A DNA stretch of 64,000 nucleotides, taken from Mobula hypostoma (taxonomy: Eukaryota). Where the stretch lies: positions 9,798,001 to 9,862,000 of the forward strand of contig NC_086109.1 in NCBI RefSeq assembly GCF_963921235.1, read 5' to 3'. Made by a program: the position numbers and the translations under genes. The notes beneath the pieces are model-generated. The model searched no databases, was not told the DNA's origin, and saw only the letters and a list, made by a program, of their open reading frames with translations. This document shows, piece after piece, positions 1-12,455 of the stretch; positions within the stretch are counted from its first letter, which is position 1; each line of letters starts with the position of its first letter.

Positions 1-740
1 TAGCATATGAGAGGACTAATAACAGTGGAATAGAGGGTGTCCCTAAATCTGCTGGTTTGTGCTTTCAGTCTTTTGTGTCTTCTACCCGATGGGGAAGGGG
101 AAAAGAGAGAATGATCAGGGTTGGATGGGTCCTTGATTATGTTGGTTGCTTTCCCAAGGCAGTGAGAAGTGTACACAGAGTCAATGGAGGGAAGGCTGGT
201 TTGCATGGTGGACTGGGCTGTGACCACAACTCTCTGCAATTCCTCGCAGTCTTGGACAGAGCAGTTGCTATGCCAAGCTAGGATGCATATGGGTCAATGC
301 TTACCATGCAGCATCTAGAAAGTTATCAAGCTCAAGTTCAAGTTTGTTGTTCTGTGACTGCACATATACTGTATAACAACCAAATGAAACAATGTTCCTC
401 CAGACCACGGTGCACCAACAAAACAGATATCACTCGCAGCACATAAAACAAAATATTACTAAAAATAAGTTAATAAAAATATAATTCCCTAAGTGCATGC
501 AGAGCAGAGCACAGATAAACAGTAGAAACTTCATTGTCCTAGGGATGGGATCTCAGTGGTGGCAGGGTATTCATTAGTCTCACAGCCTGGGGGAAGAAGC
601 TGTTACCCAGTCTGGCAGTCCTAGCCCTGATGCTCCTGTGCTTCTTTCCTGACAGAAGTGGGTCAAGTGATTGTGGAATGGATGGTTACAGATCCTCAAC
701 AATACTTTTGGCCCTTCCTATAAAACATCCCTGGTAAATA
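1..740 (-). mobile_element. Two degraded Rex1/Babar-type LINE 3' fragments
   Basis: The antisense reads as the Rex RT C-terminal region (WHSNCS...RKLQRVV, IIKDP motif) with a 3' tail seen as CAAGCTCAAGTTCAAGTTT on +. Similar to other copies in the window. Confidence 0.6.
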
Positions 741-1008
741 AATGTCACAAATGGGGGCGGGGGGGCGGGGAGAGGGAGAAACTCATGCTCATGTATTAGT
801 GATTAAATACGGACATTCCTGCTCCATAAATCTGAGTCTACAATGCTGTTTCATCACTGTCTTGTAATGATACAATAATACGTAACATGACATTATAATG
901 CAATAGAAATTATTAGAGTGTATTCTGGAGTTAGCGTATATAGCAACTATTAATTTCACCAACAACCAATCTTCAGACATAGACATGGATTGTAGATTGA
1001 ATTTAAAA

Positions 1009-1356
1009 TGCAGCCCTGTACAATAGCATTCCTGGAGCTGTAGACTAGAGTTGATTGCAAACCAGACAATTCTGATTAACATTCATTTTGGGTGTCTGGA
1101 GCGTGAGTGAGAAGAAGGAGGTGTGTGAAAACTGTATGTAATTCAAAGGAAGCATTGTAGATACATTGTAATGATAGAATTGTCCTGTGGTTATCCTCCA
1201 TCTTTAGGATATAAAAATGTCATGTAATATTGGGTCGGGAGGCCTTTTCCTCCAGGAGTGTCTCAATATGAAGCCTGTTGCTCGTTTTTGTTGAATAAAA
1301 CACTTCTACATCTATTAACTTCAGTGTTTCTCCAGTGACTTTGCTCATGGTACAAC
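1009..1356 (+). mobile_element. Probable solo LTR
   Basis: TATAAAA at ~1210, AATAAA at ~1294 and an LTR-like ...ACAACA end at ~1356. The 5' TG boundary is uncertain and there is no clean TSD. Confidence 0.45.
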
Positions 1357-1862
1357 AGAAATGAGTTCCGGCATATTATAATAATGGAAGAAGAATTCAA
1401 TGAACATCTCATTCATTTTGGAGTTATGATTGAGGATTTTCCCCTGATCGCTTCATTATTACACTGTTACTTGTGGGAGTTTGCTGTAGCTAGTCAGTAG
1501 ACAATACTTCCTATGAGACTGAGCACAATGTAAAGTATTTGGTGTGTTATTAAAGAGACATGAACAATAAATGTTCTTTATAATACACTTTTACCATTCT
1601 TACAATGGGCAGTGCATTGTGAATTCTGAGCAGTGCATGTGAGCAGTTTTGGGCTCATATCTACGAAAGGATGTGCTGACATTGGAGAGGGGCCTGATAT
1701 AGGTCTTAGCCCAGAACATCAACCATTTATTCCTCTCCATACATGCTGCCTGACCTACTGAGTTCCTCCAGCATTTTGTGTCTGTTGCTCTGGATTTTCA
1801 GCAACTACAGAATCTCTTGTATTCAAGAGAATGATCCTAGAAACGAAAGGGTTAATGTATGA

Positions 1863-3003
1863 ACGCAAACACGAGGAATTCTACAGATGCTGGAAATTCA
1901 AGCAACACACACCAAAGTTGCTGGTGAACGCAGCAGGCCAGGCAGCATCTCTAGGAAGAGGTACAGTCGATGTTTCAGGCCGAGACCCTTCGTCAGGACT
2001 AACTGAAGGAAGAGCTAGTAAGAGATTTGAAAGTGGGAGGGGGAGGGGGAGACCCAAAATGACAGGAGAAGACAGGAGGGGGAGGATGAAGCCAAGAGCT
2101 GGACAGGTGATTGGCAAAAGGGATATGAGAGGATCATGGGACAGGAGGCCCAGGGAGAAGGAAAAGGGGGAGGGGGGGAAAACCCAGAGAATGGGCAAGG
2201 GGTATAGTCAGAGGGACAGAGGGAAAAAAGGAGAGAGAGAGAAAGAATGTGTGTATATAAATAACGGATGGGGTACGACGGGGAGGTGGGACATTAGCAG
2301 AAGTTAGAGAAGTCAATGTTCATGCCATCAGGTTGGAGGCTACCCAGACGGAATATAAGGTGTTGTTCCTCCAACCTGAGTGTGGCTTCATCTTTACGGT
2401 AGAGGAGGCCATGGATAGACATGTCAGAATGGGAATGGGACGTGGAATTAAAATGTGTGGCCATTGGGAGATCCTGCTTTCTCTGGCAGACAGAGCGTAG
2501 GTGTTCAGCAAAACGATCTCCCAGTCTGCGTCGGGTCTCGCCAATATATAGAAGGCCATATCGGGAGCACCGGACGCAGTATATCACCCCAGCCGACTCA
2601 CAGGTGAAGTGTCACCTCACCTGGAAGGACTGTCTGGGGCCCTGAATGGTGGTAAGGGAGGAGGTGTAAGGGCATGTGTAGCACTTGTTCCGCTTACAAG
2701 GATAAGTGCCAGGAGGGAGATCAGTGGGGAGGGATGGGGGGGACGAAGGGACAAGGGAGTCGCGTAGGGAGCAACCCTGCGGAAAGCAGAGGGCGGGGGG
2801 AGGGAAAGATGTGCTTAGTGGTGCGATCCCGTTGGAGGTGGCGGAAGTTACGGAGAATTATATATTGGACCCGGAGGCTGGGGGGGTGGTAGGTGAGGAC
2901 TTATTCCTGGTGGGGTGGCGGGAGGATGGAGTGAGAGCAGATGTGCGTGAAATGGGGGAGATGCGTTTGAGAGCAGAGTTGATGGTGGAGGAAGGGAAGC
3001 CCC
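1863..3003 (-). mobile_element. Penelope-like element 3' part: GIY-YIG endonuclease plus pseudo-LTR with hammerhead motif
   Basis: ORF 2294-2587(-) reads IYCVRCSRYGLLYIGETRRRLGDRFAEHLRS...EEQHLIFRLGSLQPDGMN, the PLE GIY-YIG domain. Near-identical to the copies at 27.4 kb, 43.5-44.3 kb and 54.3-54.8 kb. Confidence 0.93.
1964..2003 (-). ncRNA. Minimal type-I hammerhead ribozyme motif in Penelope pLTR
   Basis: Minus strand TAGTC-CTGACGA-AGGGTCTCGGCCT-GAAA-CATC-GACTG: CUGANGA and GAAA cores with an AUC cleavage triplet. Confidence 0.7.
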
Positions 3004-3059
3004 TTGTAGTCAATGCCCTTACTGAATGCCAGATACTTTCTTCACCATCCTGTCTACCT

Positions 3060-3850
3060 GGATTGCCACCTGCAGTGAACTAAGACCTTGTACCCCAAGG
3101 TCTCTCTGTTCTAGAGCAGTCACCAGGACCCTGCCATTTACTGTGTATGCTGTGCTAAATCATGACAATTGTGAGGTATATTCAGTTTGGGATTTCTAAT
3201 GAGACTGGGACATACACCATGAATGGCAGATTCAGGATATTGAGGAAGTGAGGAACCTTGAAACACAGCACCATAAACACTAATGACACAGATGATGTGG
3301 TGAGGAAGGCATATGGAACACTGGCCTTCTTTAGACTGGGCATTAAGTACGGAGATAGGTAAATTATCCTCCAACTTTATAAAAGCTTTGTCAGACTTCA
3401 AATACAGCACTGTGTGCAGTTCTTTGCCTTGCTAATAAAGGCATCCGTTAGTCTTGCAAGACCATGGATCTGCGCCTGGAAAGTCTTCACTCTCCAGGGC
3501 GCAGGCCTGGGTAAGGTTGTATGGAAGACCAGCAGTTGCCCATGCTGCAAGTCTCCCCTCTCCGTGACACCAATGTTGTCCAAGGGAAGGGCATTTGGAC
3601 CCATACAGCTTGGCACCAGTGTTGTCGCAGAGCAATGTGTGATTAAGTGCCTTGCTCAAGGACACAACACACGTTCCCTCGGCTGGGGCTCGAACTCACA
3701 ACCTTCAGGTCGCTAGTCCAATGCCTTAACCACTTCGCCACGTGCCCATCCTTGCTATAGGAAGGATATTGTAACATTGCAGAGGGTACAGGAAAGATTC
3801 ACCAGGATGCTGTCTGGGATGGAACAGTTCAGCGAAGAGGACAGACTGGA
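3060..3850. mobile_element. Degraded CR1 LINE RT fragments, interrupted by a SINE
   Basis: + strand LYKSFVRL..YCVQF...LQRVQERFTRMLSGM remnants. The SINE at 3435-3749 is inserted with a CCTTGCTA duplication. Confidence 0.65.
3435..3749 (-). mobile_element. tRNA-derived SINE (same family as 20666-20968)
   Basis: tRNA-like head with A box (TGGCGAAGTGG) and B box (GTTCGAGCC). 8-bp TSD CCTTGCTA at 3427-3434 and 3750-3757. Confidence 0.85.
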
Positions 3851-3854
3851 GATA

Positions 3855-3990
3855 GTGGTGTGGTAGTGTAGCGGATCACGTAATCACTAGTGGTCACCAG
3901 TCAGGGTTCAATCCCCGCCGTTGTCCGTGAGGAGTTCGTACATTCTTCACGTGACTGCATGGGTTTCCTCCAGGTGTTCTCGTTTCTTGC
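3855..3990 (+). mobile_element. tRNA-headed V-SINE/HE1-like SINE fragment
   Basis: GGTTCAATCCC B box followed by the GGAGTT...TGCATGGGTTTCCTCCAGGTG core shared with other copies in the window. Confidence 0.65.
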
Positions 3991-3994
3991 AAAT

Positions 3995-4512
3995 GCCTTC
4001 TGATGTACCGTGGAGAGCATGCTAACTGGCTGCATCACCGTCTGGTACTGGGAGGGGAGTGGGCAGCTTCACAGGATCAAAATAAGCTGCAGAATATTAT
4101 TCAGCTCTGTCATGGGCACGAACATTCCCAGCAACCAGGATGCCTTCAGGGAGCGGTGTCTCAGAAAGGCAGCATCCATCATTAAAGACCTCCATCACCC
4201 AGGACATGCCCTCTTCTCATTACTACCATCAGGAAGGAGGTACAGAAGCCTAAAGGCACACACCCAGTGAATCAGAAAGAGATTCTTCCCCTCTGCCATC
4301 AGATTTCTGAATGGACATTGAACCCATAAACACTACCTCACTACTTTTGTTTTCGCTTTTTGCACTATTTATATAACTGAACTTTAAAATATATATATAT
4401 ATATATATACTTAGCGTATTTTACAGTTTATTATTATTACGTGTTGTAATATACTGCTGCCGCATAACAACAAATTTCATGACATATACTGGTGATATGA
4501 AAGCTGATTCTA
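3995..4512 (+). mobile_element. 5'-truncated Rex1/Babar LINE
   Basis: ORF 4010-4270 reads ESMLTGCITVWY...KAASIIKDLHHPGHALFSLLPSGRRYRSLK, followed by a 3' UTR with a (TA)n tract and a CTGATTCT tail. Confidence 0.85.
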
Positions 4513-4689
4513 ACTCATCCCAGTGTGGTTAGAGTTAGTGAGTGCTGATAGTGACATTTGTGGGCTGCCCCCAGCACTATCCTTGGACTGTGTTGGTTGT
4601 TGACATTGTTTCACTGTATGTTTTGACCCTTCATTTTACACGTGACACATAAAACTAATCTCTAAGCTGTTCTTGCTGGTCCGGAGGAG

Positions 4690-5232
4690 GCAAAGGAAGG
4701 ACATTTTTCGAGCCCATAAAATTATGAGGGTTATAGGTATGGTAGAAGGCAGGAAACAATTCCCCTTATCGGAAATAAATAAAACAGATGTCATAGGCTT
4801 AGTGTAAAGTGGTAAAGGGGATGTGAGGGGGCTCTTCTTCAGCCAAAGAGTGGTAAATGGCTGGAATACATTGCCTGGGAGAGCAGTTGAAATCAGGTCA
4901 CTGACAGCATTTAGGATGTAGAAACATAGAAAACCTACAGCACAATACAGGCCCTTCAGCCCACAAAGCTGTGCTGAACATGTCCTTACCTTAGAAATTA
5001 CCTAGGGTTACCCATAACCCTCTATTTTTCTAAGCTCCATGTACCTGTCCAGGAGTCTCTTAAGAGACGCTATTGTATCCGCCTCCACCACCAACGCCAG
5101 CAACCCATTCCACGCAATTATCACTCTCTGTGTAAAAAACTTACCTCTGACATCTCCTCTGTACCTACTTCCAAGCACCTTAAAACTGTGCTCTCTCGTG
5201 CTAGCCATTTCAGCCCTGGGGAAAAGCCTCCA
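4690..5232. mobile_element. Two tail-to-tail CR1 3' ends
   Basis: ORF 5008-5235(-) reads TREHSFKV...RGKFFTQRVIIAWNGL...KRLLDRYM. An older + strand copy lies at 4690-4920. Confidence 0.8.
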
Positions 5233-5519
5233 CACGATTAATTAAGCAGTCCAAATGCTTAATTAATTAAAGTGTCTAATTAAGCAGTCCAAATGCTTGG
5301 GCAAAGATGGGAAGTACTGAGAAATAGTATTAATACGGGGTGTCCACTGGTTGGCATGGATGAGAGGGGTCAAATGGTCTATTTCCATCCTGTACAATTC
5401 CATGATCATGACTCCAATAAACCACACTATAAATAAAACCGACCAGAAGGAATGGCTAAACGGGAAACAGGACCTACGAAGGGAGGGCAGTGAGGTAATA
5501 GAAGATGTTGAAATTATTG

Positions 5520-5972
5520 CGCAACACACACAAAATGCTGCAGGAACTCACCAGGTCATACTGCATCTATGGTGGGGAATAAACAATCAACGTATCGGGC
5601 TGAGACCCTTCATTAGGATTGGAGAGGAAGTGGGGTGGTGGGGGGGGGGAAGAAGGCAGAATAAGAGGGTGGGGAGAGGGGAAGGAGTACAAGTTGGTAG
5701 GTGATAAGTGAAGCCAGGTGAGGAGGGAGGTAAGTGAATGGGTGGGACAGAGGGGGATGGAGTGACAAACTTGGAAGGTGGGTGGGTGCCACATCGTACT
5801 CCTTCCCCACCCCCACCATGCTCTTATTCAGGCTTCTTCCCCCTTATGAAAGGTCTGCAGCCCTAAACATCAATTGTTTATTCCCCTCTATAGATGCTGC
5901 CTGCCTGACCTGCTGAGTTCCTCCAGCATTTTATGAGTGTGTTACTGTGGATTTCCAGCATCAGCAGAACCT
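5520..5972. mobile_element. Fold-back Penelope pLTR remnant
   Basis: Begins ACACAAAATGCTGCAGGAACTC and ends with the reverse-complementary GAGTTCCTCCAGCATTTT. Degenerate hammerhead arms. Confidence 0.65.
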
Positions 5973-6069
5973 ATTTAGAGAGTACTTAGTAGCTGAATTG
6001 ATTAATTATGAGAAGAGAGATAATAAAATCATGGAGATAGTGCAAGGTCCTATTAATATTGTCCGTGTA

Positions 6070-6482
6070 CAGAAGGGTGGCCCTCCAAGAGGAAGACAAC
6101 CTTGTTGAGGTTTGGAAGCTTGTGTGCCTCAATAACCCAGAGAGCTATGTTGGCTGGAATCGAGGCATCGTGCTTTGGTCAGGTCACCATGCCAAACAGG
6201 CCAAAGGGTCGAGGCCAGATTAAGAGCTGGTCCCCTGGTCCTCCAGGTTTGGGGGTTCAGCTCAGGGCTAACAACCCTGACTGGTAAAGCAAAATTGTTA
6301 TGGAAACAGCAATGAGGAATCCTTCTATATCTGAGTGTGATGGTATTCCTGAGTCTTCACTCGAGACTTGCATGGCTGATTGTACTGAAAACCAAGAGGA
6401 AGCTACTGACGTGATGAAGGAAGCCCTGAACACCACCAGAGATGGAGGACCTTCATTGCCAGCGGCATAACAGGCAGTTACC
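6070..6482 (+). mobile_element. Bipartite RTE-derived non-autonomous element
   Basis: RTE-like 5' leader (GCTTGTGTGCCTCAAT...GGTCCTCCAGGTTTGGGG...GGGCTAACAACCC) joined to an RTE-like 3' end (RWRTFI...SGITG). Assignment is from recalled resemblance only. Confidence 0.5.
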
Positions 6483-6789
6483 CAGACTGAAGGGCGGCCA
6501 ATGTAATATGCACAAAGACAGGAATAATCCAGGTAATTATAGTGTTCTGTCTAATAACTGCAGGAGGGAACATTTGGAATCATTCGTGCAAGATAAACTT
6601 ATTAAATATCAAGAAAAAGAAAAGGAAATTTAATGTAGCTGCCCTAGCCATCAGAAAGGTAGATTGTGGTTGGTAAATTGGGTAGAGGCTCGGTATGAGT
6701 AATTTAGGTCATTAACAGACAGTGGAAAGAAAATGAAAAGAAGATGTGAACGGATTCAGCCTGCTTTCTTATTCACCTAAAAGTCAAAG

Positions 6790-7215
6790 TTAATGTAAAT
6801 TTATTAGCAAAGTGCATGTATGTCACTGCATTGAGATTCATTTTTCTTGCAGGCATTCACAGGAAAACAAAGAAATATAATGGAATCCTTAAGAAAAAAC
6901 AGCATACATAAACAAAGACTGACAAACAACCAATGTACAGAAGAAGACAAACTGCAACAATTTGTAGAAATAAATAAATAAATAATACTGAGAACATGAA
7001 TTTGTAGAGTTCTTGAAAATGAGTTTGTAGGTTGTGGAATGAGTTCAGAGTTCAGGTGGGTTATCCACACTGGTTCAGAGGCCCGGCGGTTATAGGGTAA
7101 TAACCGTTCCTGAACCTGGTGGTGTGGGACCTGCGGCTCTTGTACCTCCTGCTCGATGATAGTAACAGGAAGAGAGAGAGGCCAGGATGGTGGGAGTCCT
7201 TGATGATGGATGATG
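6790..7215 (-). mobile_element. Rex1/Babar LINE 3' end
   Basis: Antisense IIKD..HPG.SLFLLLSS.RRYKS..TTRFRN motif followed by 3' UTR. Confidence 0.7.
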
Positions 7216-7224
7216 TTTTTTCTT

Positions 7225-7590
7225 TTATTTATTTGTTTATTGAAATGCAGCGCAGAATAAGCCCTTTGTGCTGTGCTGCCCGGCAATCCCCCATTTAATC
7301 CTAGCCCAGGGGTTCACAACCCTTTTTTATGCCAGGGACCCCTACCATTAACGGAGGGGGTCCATGGAGCGCAGGTTGGGATTCCTTGTCCTAGCCTAAT
7401 CACTGAACAATTGACAATGATCAATTAACCTGCCAGCTGTGTCTTCGGATTGCGGAAACCAGAGCACCCGGAGGAAACCCACGCGGTCAAGGGGTGAAAG
7501 TACAAACTCCATACAGGCAGCAGCGGGAATTGAACCCGGGTTGCTGATACTGTAAGGTGTTGTGCTAACCACTACGCTGCCCTGCCGCTC
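7225..7590 (-). mobile_element. V-SINE/HE1-like SINE with inserted hAT MITE
   Basis: tRNA-like head at ~7530-7590 (GTAGTGGTTAGC; GGGTTCAATTCC on the minus strand) and a TAAA-rich tail at ~7225-7240. Confidence 0.75.
7307..7388. mobile_element. ~80-bp hAT-type MITE
   Basis: CAGGGGTT...-like TIRs and a perfect 8-bp TSD TCCTAGCC (7299-7306 and 7389-7396). Confidence 0.85.
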
Positions 7591-7924
7591 ATTGTGCTCA
7601 ATGGAGGGGTGGGCTTTTCCTGTGATGGACTGTGATTATCTGGGTACTTCACCTTCTTGTTGGTTGCTCACAATCATAGACAGGTAGACAATAGGAGAGT
7701 CTCATGCAACAGTAAACTGTTTCTATGTTATTATGTCGGGTGTATGCGGTGTACAGGGAGAGGCAGCACCACTGGTGAAAGGGCTTTTCATGTCCATTCT
7801 GAGGCAGCTCACTCACTTTTGGTCCCCACCGGACATTCAGCTCTACCTGTGGCTTTAAATAGCTAATTGCATGCAACGTTGGTCACACACACCGGTACAT
7901 TGCTTCGACAGGTGGGCTAAATCA

Positions 7925-8614
7925 AAAGCTTTAAGTTCCTCGGGGTCAATATCACAAATGACCTGACTTGGTCCAACCAAGCAGAGTCCACTGCCAAGAA
8001 GGCCCACCAGCGCCTTTACTTCCTGAGAAAGCTAAAGAAATTTGGCCCCTAAAACCCTCACTAATTTTTACAGCTGCACCGTAGAAAGCATTCTTCTAGG
8101 GTGCATCACTATCTGGTATGGAAGTTGTCCTGTCCAAGACCAGAAGAAGCTGCAGAAGATCATGAATATGACACAGCACATCACACAAACCAATCTTCCG
8201 TCCTTGGACTCACTTCACACCGCACGCTGTCGGAGCAGTGCTACCAGGATAATCAAGGACACGACTCACTCAGCCAACACACTTTTCGTCCCTCTTCCCT
8301 CCAGGAAAAGCCTCAGGAGCTTGAAGACTTGTACGGCCAGATTTGGGAACGGCTTCTTTCCAACTGTGATAAGACTGCTGAATGGATCCCGACCTGGATC
8401 TGGGCTGTACCCTCCAAATATCTGGACCTGCCTCTCTGTTTTTTTTGCACTACCTTACTTCCCCTTTTCTATTTTCTATTTATGATTTATAATTTAAATT
8501 TTTAATATTTACTATTGATTTGTACTCCAGGGAGTGTGAAGCGCAGAATCAAATATCGCTGTGATGATTGTACACTCTAGCAGCAATTGTTTGACGACAA
8601 TAAAGTAAAGTAAG
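7925..8614 (+). mobile_element. Relatively young 5'-truncated Rex1/Babar LINE
   Basis: FKFLGVNITNDLTWS...AHQRLYFLRKL followed by ORF 8042-8485 (LTNFYSCTVESILLGCITIWYGSC). (TAAAG)n tail. 7-bp TSD TAAATCA at 7918-7924 and 8615-8621. Confidence 0.92.
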
Positions 8615-9024
8615 TAAATCAGGTGAGGGTAGCCAGCAGGCCTCATAACCTGGCAAGATATAGTCATGCCTGTCCTAGCGTATGAAGTTAGCTCGTGCAG
8701 ACTGGGTGGATGAGATCAACAGTGAGGGCCAATGGCCAGGAAGGAGATGCTGCAATCCCTTGTGGAGAGCGAAGGGCATGACAAGGCACAGAAGCCAAGG
8801 TCATCCCCTGCAACCATGGAAGACCCCAGTTGCAACGACTACTCGTAGCACTGGATCTGGGCTTCAAGACAGAGAGAGCGGAACTGCCCCACTTCAAGGG
8901 CTTTCCACTTTGAAAACTCTTCCAAACAGGTTTTAACAATGGATTGATTGATGATTCATTCTGTCATCATCAGAGACGATGGACAACCAATTAATCATAT
9001 TACTTTGTTATTAGTTTGTATTTC

Positions 9025-9465
9025 TATAGGTGGTGAGCATCCTGTTTGGTTGCATCACTGCCTGGTATGGAAGCTCCAATGCACAGGATCGCCAAAGGCT
9101 CAGCCAGTTACATCACCGGCACAACCCTCCCGCCACCTAGGACATCCTCAAGAGGCAGTAACTCAAGAAGGCGGCATCCACTGCTAAGTACCTCAGCACC
9201 CAGGACATGCCCTCTTCTCGTTACATCCATCACGAAGGAGGTAGAGGAGCATGAGGTCTCACACTCAAAGATTCAGAAATAAATTCCTCCCCTCTGCCAT
9301 CAGCTCCCTGAACAGTCAATGAACCCATGAACACTACATTGTTACTCTTTTTTTGCACTATTTATTACTTTTCTAATTAATAACCTTTGCACTGTATTGC
9401 TGCCACAAAACAACAAATCTCACATCACCTAAGTCAATGATAGAGAACCTGACTTTAATTCTGAT
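9025..9465 (+). mobile_element. Degraded Rex1/Babar LINE 3' fragment
   Basis: SILFGCITAWYG...PGHALFSL remnants and the family 3' UTR. Confidence 0.7.
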
Positions 9466-9619
9466 ACAGGAAAAAGAGCTGTCACTCAGTCAACACTTAC
9501 GATCTCCGCATAACCCAGAGGAAGCAAATCACCTCAGTTATATAACACTGATATGTGGTATCCACAGAGTGGAGACAAAGTGGTTGGCACAAAGACAACA
9601 TTTACATTAGAGAGGAAGT

Positions 9620-10090
9620 TTAAGTTCAAGTTTATTGCCATTTCGGTCATATACATGTATACTGCCAAATGAAGCAGCATTCCTCCAGACCAAGGTGCAC
9701 TACGCAGTACATATAACTCACATGCACAACACATTAAGTAATATTACCACAAGTAAATTAACAAATTACAGAACAAGTTAAAAAGTAAACAGCGTACGTT
9801 GCTGGCGCTTTATACGTGGTGAGACCCAGGTGATGACAGGGAGTTCAGCAATCTAACAGTCTGGGGAAAGAATCTGTTTCCCATTCTAACAGTCCTTGTC
9901 CTGATGCTGCTGTGCCTCCTGCCTGATGGTAGGGGGTCAAAGAGATTGTGGGATGGATGAGAGGGATCCTTGATAATGAAGGGCCCTGCATACACAGCAC
10001 TTCTGGTAACAATCTCAGATGGGTAGAAAAGAGACCCCTAACGATCCTCTCAACAGTCCTCACAATCCCTTGTGGATCTTGCAGTCAGAT
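9620..10090 (-). mobile_element. Rex1/Babar LINE 3' fragment
   Basis: ORF 9810-9995(-) reads IIKDPSHPSHNLFDPLPSGRR...FFPQTVRLLN. Tail seen as TTCAAG-type units on +. Confidence 0.8.
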
Positions 10091-10167
10091 TTAAAAACAC
10101 AACTAAGGTTAACATGTTTACTTGTAACACTGCAGTCAGATGCTTTCTAATTCTAATTTTTATACAG

Positions 10168-10745
10168 AGGCGGGAGGAGGAGATGGCGCGACGCAGCGCG
10201 CGCGGCCTCTCCGGTGAAATTATATCGTATTTGTTAAATAGATTCTGATTTGATGGAGACAGACATGAGAAGCACAGGGGAACATTTGGAGAAACTTCTG
10301 AAATGCCCAGTTCGCTGCCACTGCTACTGTGAGATCGAGAATCTCTGGAGGGGAAGGTCCCAAATCCTCGGCTTTGCCTGTTGCTGGCGGCTGGGGCTGG
10401 GGTCGAAGCGCTTGGCAGAGATGGTGCTCAGTGCTCAGTGTCAGAGGGCTGGTCGGAGGCTTGAAGTTTTCGGACGACTCAGACCCGGACTGTGGTCGGG
10501 TGTTTCCAGGATGCTGCATCGGCAAGTTTGCGGCGCTGGAAGCTCATGACAGGGAGAGTTTTCTTCCTTCTCCCATCTGCTTGCACTGCTGCAACTATAT
10601 GTTATAATTATGTGGTTTTTGTCAGTTTTTCAGTCTTGGTCTGTCTTGTGTTTCTGTGATATCACACCGGAAGAACATTGTATCATTTCTTAATGCATGC
10701 ATTACTAAATGACAATAAAAGAAGACTGCGTGTCCTCATAATCTA
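10168..10745 (+). mobile_element. Non-coding SINE-like retroposon with CpG-rich GATGGCG head and Rex-type tail
   Basis: Head GGAGGAGATGGCGCGACGCAGCGCGCGCGG. The body matches the inverted copy at 28682-29012. The tail GACAATAAAAGAAGACTGCGTGTCCTCATAATCT also occurs inverted at ~61392-61442. Confidence 0.7.
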
Positions 10746-11068
10746 AAAAAAAAATTCCCACACCCTCTGGTATGGGAATTGCAAAGCATCTGACTGCAAG
10801 ATTGTGAGGACTGCTGAGAAAATCACTGGGGCCTCCCACCCAACTCCCCTCCCAACAACCAGGACATATACTAGAAATACTGTGTTTGTAGAGTCTTCAA
10901 CATTGTCAAGGACCTCATCCATCCATCCCACAATCTCTTTGACCTCCTACCATCAGGCAGAAGGTACCACAGTAGCTGAACAAGGACTATTAGTCTGGGT
11001 AACAGCTTCTTCTCCCAGGCTGTGAGACTTCCGAACCCCCTGTCACCACCCAGTACACGTTATCGACA

Positions 11069-11513
11069 TACCCGATCAAAACTTCTCCATGGATGGCTTC
11101 CAGACCGTTCGGGCTGACCGGAAGTGCACTGACAGCGGTAAGCGTAAAGGAGTTGGGTGCTTACTGTTCTGGTTAACAATAGATGGTGCAATCCGGGTCA
11201 TATTACGATCGAGGAACGTGTTTGTAGATCGGATATTGAACTTTTTACTGTTGGACTTCGGCCATATTCCACCGAGATACAACACTGGGCGGCACGGGAG
11301 GTCGTTCCTGCCTGTGGCCATCGAACTTGCAGCTCCTCCTGTGGAGGGTCAGACACTCTGAGCCAATAGACTGGTCCTGGACTTATTTTCCATCTGGCAT
11401 AGTTTGCATTTTGTTGTTTGATTGTTTGTGGTTTTTGTATTGCTATATTTATGCTCTATTCTTGGTTGGTGCGGCTGTAACGAAACCCAATTTACCTCGG
11501 GATCAATAAAGTA

Positions 11514-11545
<32 letters not shown>
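11069..11545 (+). mobile_element. Internally deleted Rex1/L2-group LINE derivative (APE fragment fused to 3' end), copy 1
   Basis: DQNFSMDGFQTVRADR...VLVNNRWCNPGH (APE) is joined directly to RYNTG..RSFLPVAI (RT C-terminus), followed by 3' UTR and a (TATC)n tail. Confidence 0.85.
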
Positions 11546-11547
<2 letters not shown>

Positions 11548-12057
11548 ATTTATGACTAAGTCGGCAGCATTATACTGTTGTATATTTAACTATTTGTTGT
11601 ATTTGCACTTTATGTCAACTGGTAGTCTACAATTTCTTATTATCTGTTAATATTATTGTGTTAATATTATTTTATGTGTTGTATGCCATATAGGTGATGT
11701 GTTTTCACTCCTTGGTTCCAGAAGAATATTGTTACATTTTGCAGTATATATGTGTACGGTTGAATGATGATAAGCTTGAACTTGACTTGACTTGACTTGA
11801 GATTGGAAGGACTTTCCACAAAGTTGAGATCATCAAGAAATCCGATAGTGATTCCAAAACAGCTTTGTTACCCAAAGAGCAGTGAGAATGTGTAATGGCT
11901 GCCACAAGGAGAGATTGTAGTGAAAAGAATACATTAATTTCAGGGGAAGATGGGTCAACATAAGTACTGGCACGGAAAATTTGGACTACATGTCTATGTT
12001 GTAAACCTGAAGCAAGACAGAGAAAAGCTAATGATAGGGATGGGAAATATATTAATA

Positions 12058-12455
12058 CCACTTTATTAGGTACACCTGAATACCTGGGAAGAAATGTGAT
12101 CTAAATGACTTCGACCGAGGAATGATTGTTGGTGTCCGATGGAGTGGTTTGAGTATCTCAGAAATTGGGATTTTCATGCACAGCAGTCTCTAGAGTTTAT
12201 AGCCAATGGTGAAAAAAGCAAAACAAAAACAGCAAGCAGCAGTTCTGTGGGTGAAAATGCTTTGTTAATGAGAGAGATCAGAGGAGAATGGCCGGACTGT
12301 TTCAAGCTGACAGTAACTCAAATAACCATGTGCTGCAACAGTGGTGTGCAGAATAACATCTCTGAATGCACAACAAGTCGAACCTTGAAGTGGATAGGCT
12401 ACAGAAGGCCTCTTTATGAGGTAGAGGGGGGACCTAATAAAGTAGCCACTGGGTG
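12058..12455. mobile_element. Tc1-like non-autonomous DNA transposon relic
   Basis: Inverted ends CCACTTTATTAGGT ... ACCTAATAAAGTAGCCACTGGGTG. The interior resembles the Tc1 HTH region (DLNDFDRGMIVG). Confidence 0.75.

Noticed and set aside
1831..2307. 158-aa G/R-rich ORF and similar ORFs at 27413, 28016, 43963, 53545 and 54455
   Set aside because: Incidental frames across purine/pyrimidine-skewed Penelope pLTR sequence.
5238..5298. Short direct repeat AATTAAGCAGTCCAAATGCTT at a CR1 5' junction
   Set aside because: Probably an insertion or repair scar with no evidence of function.
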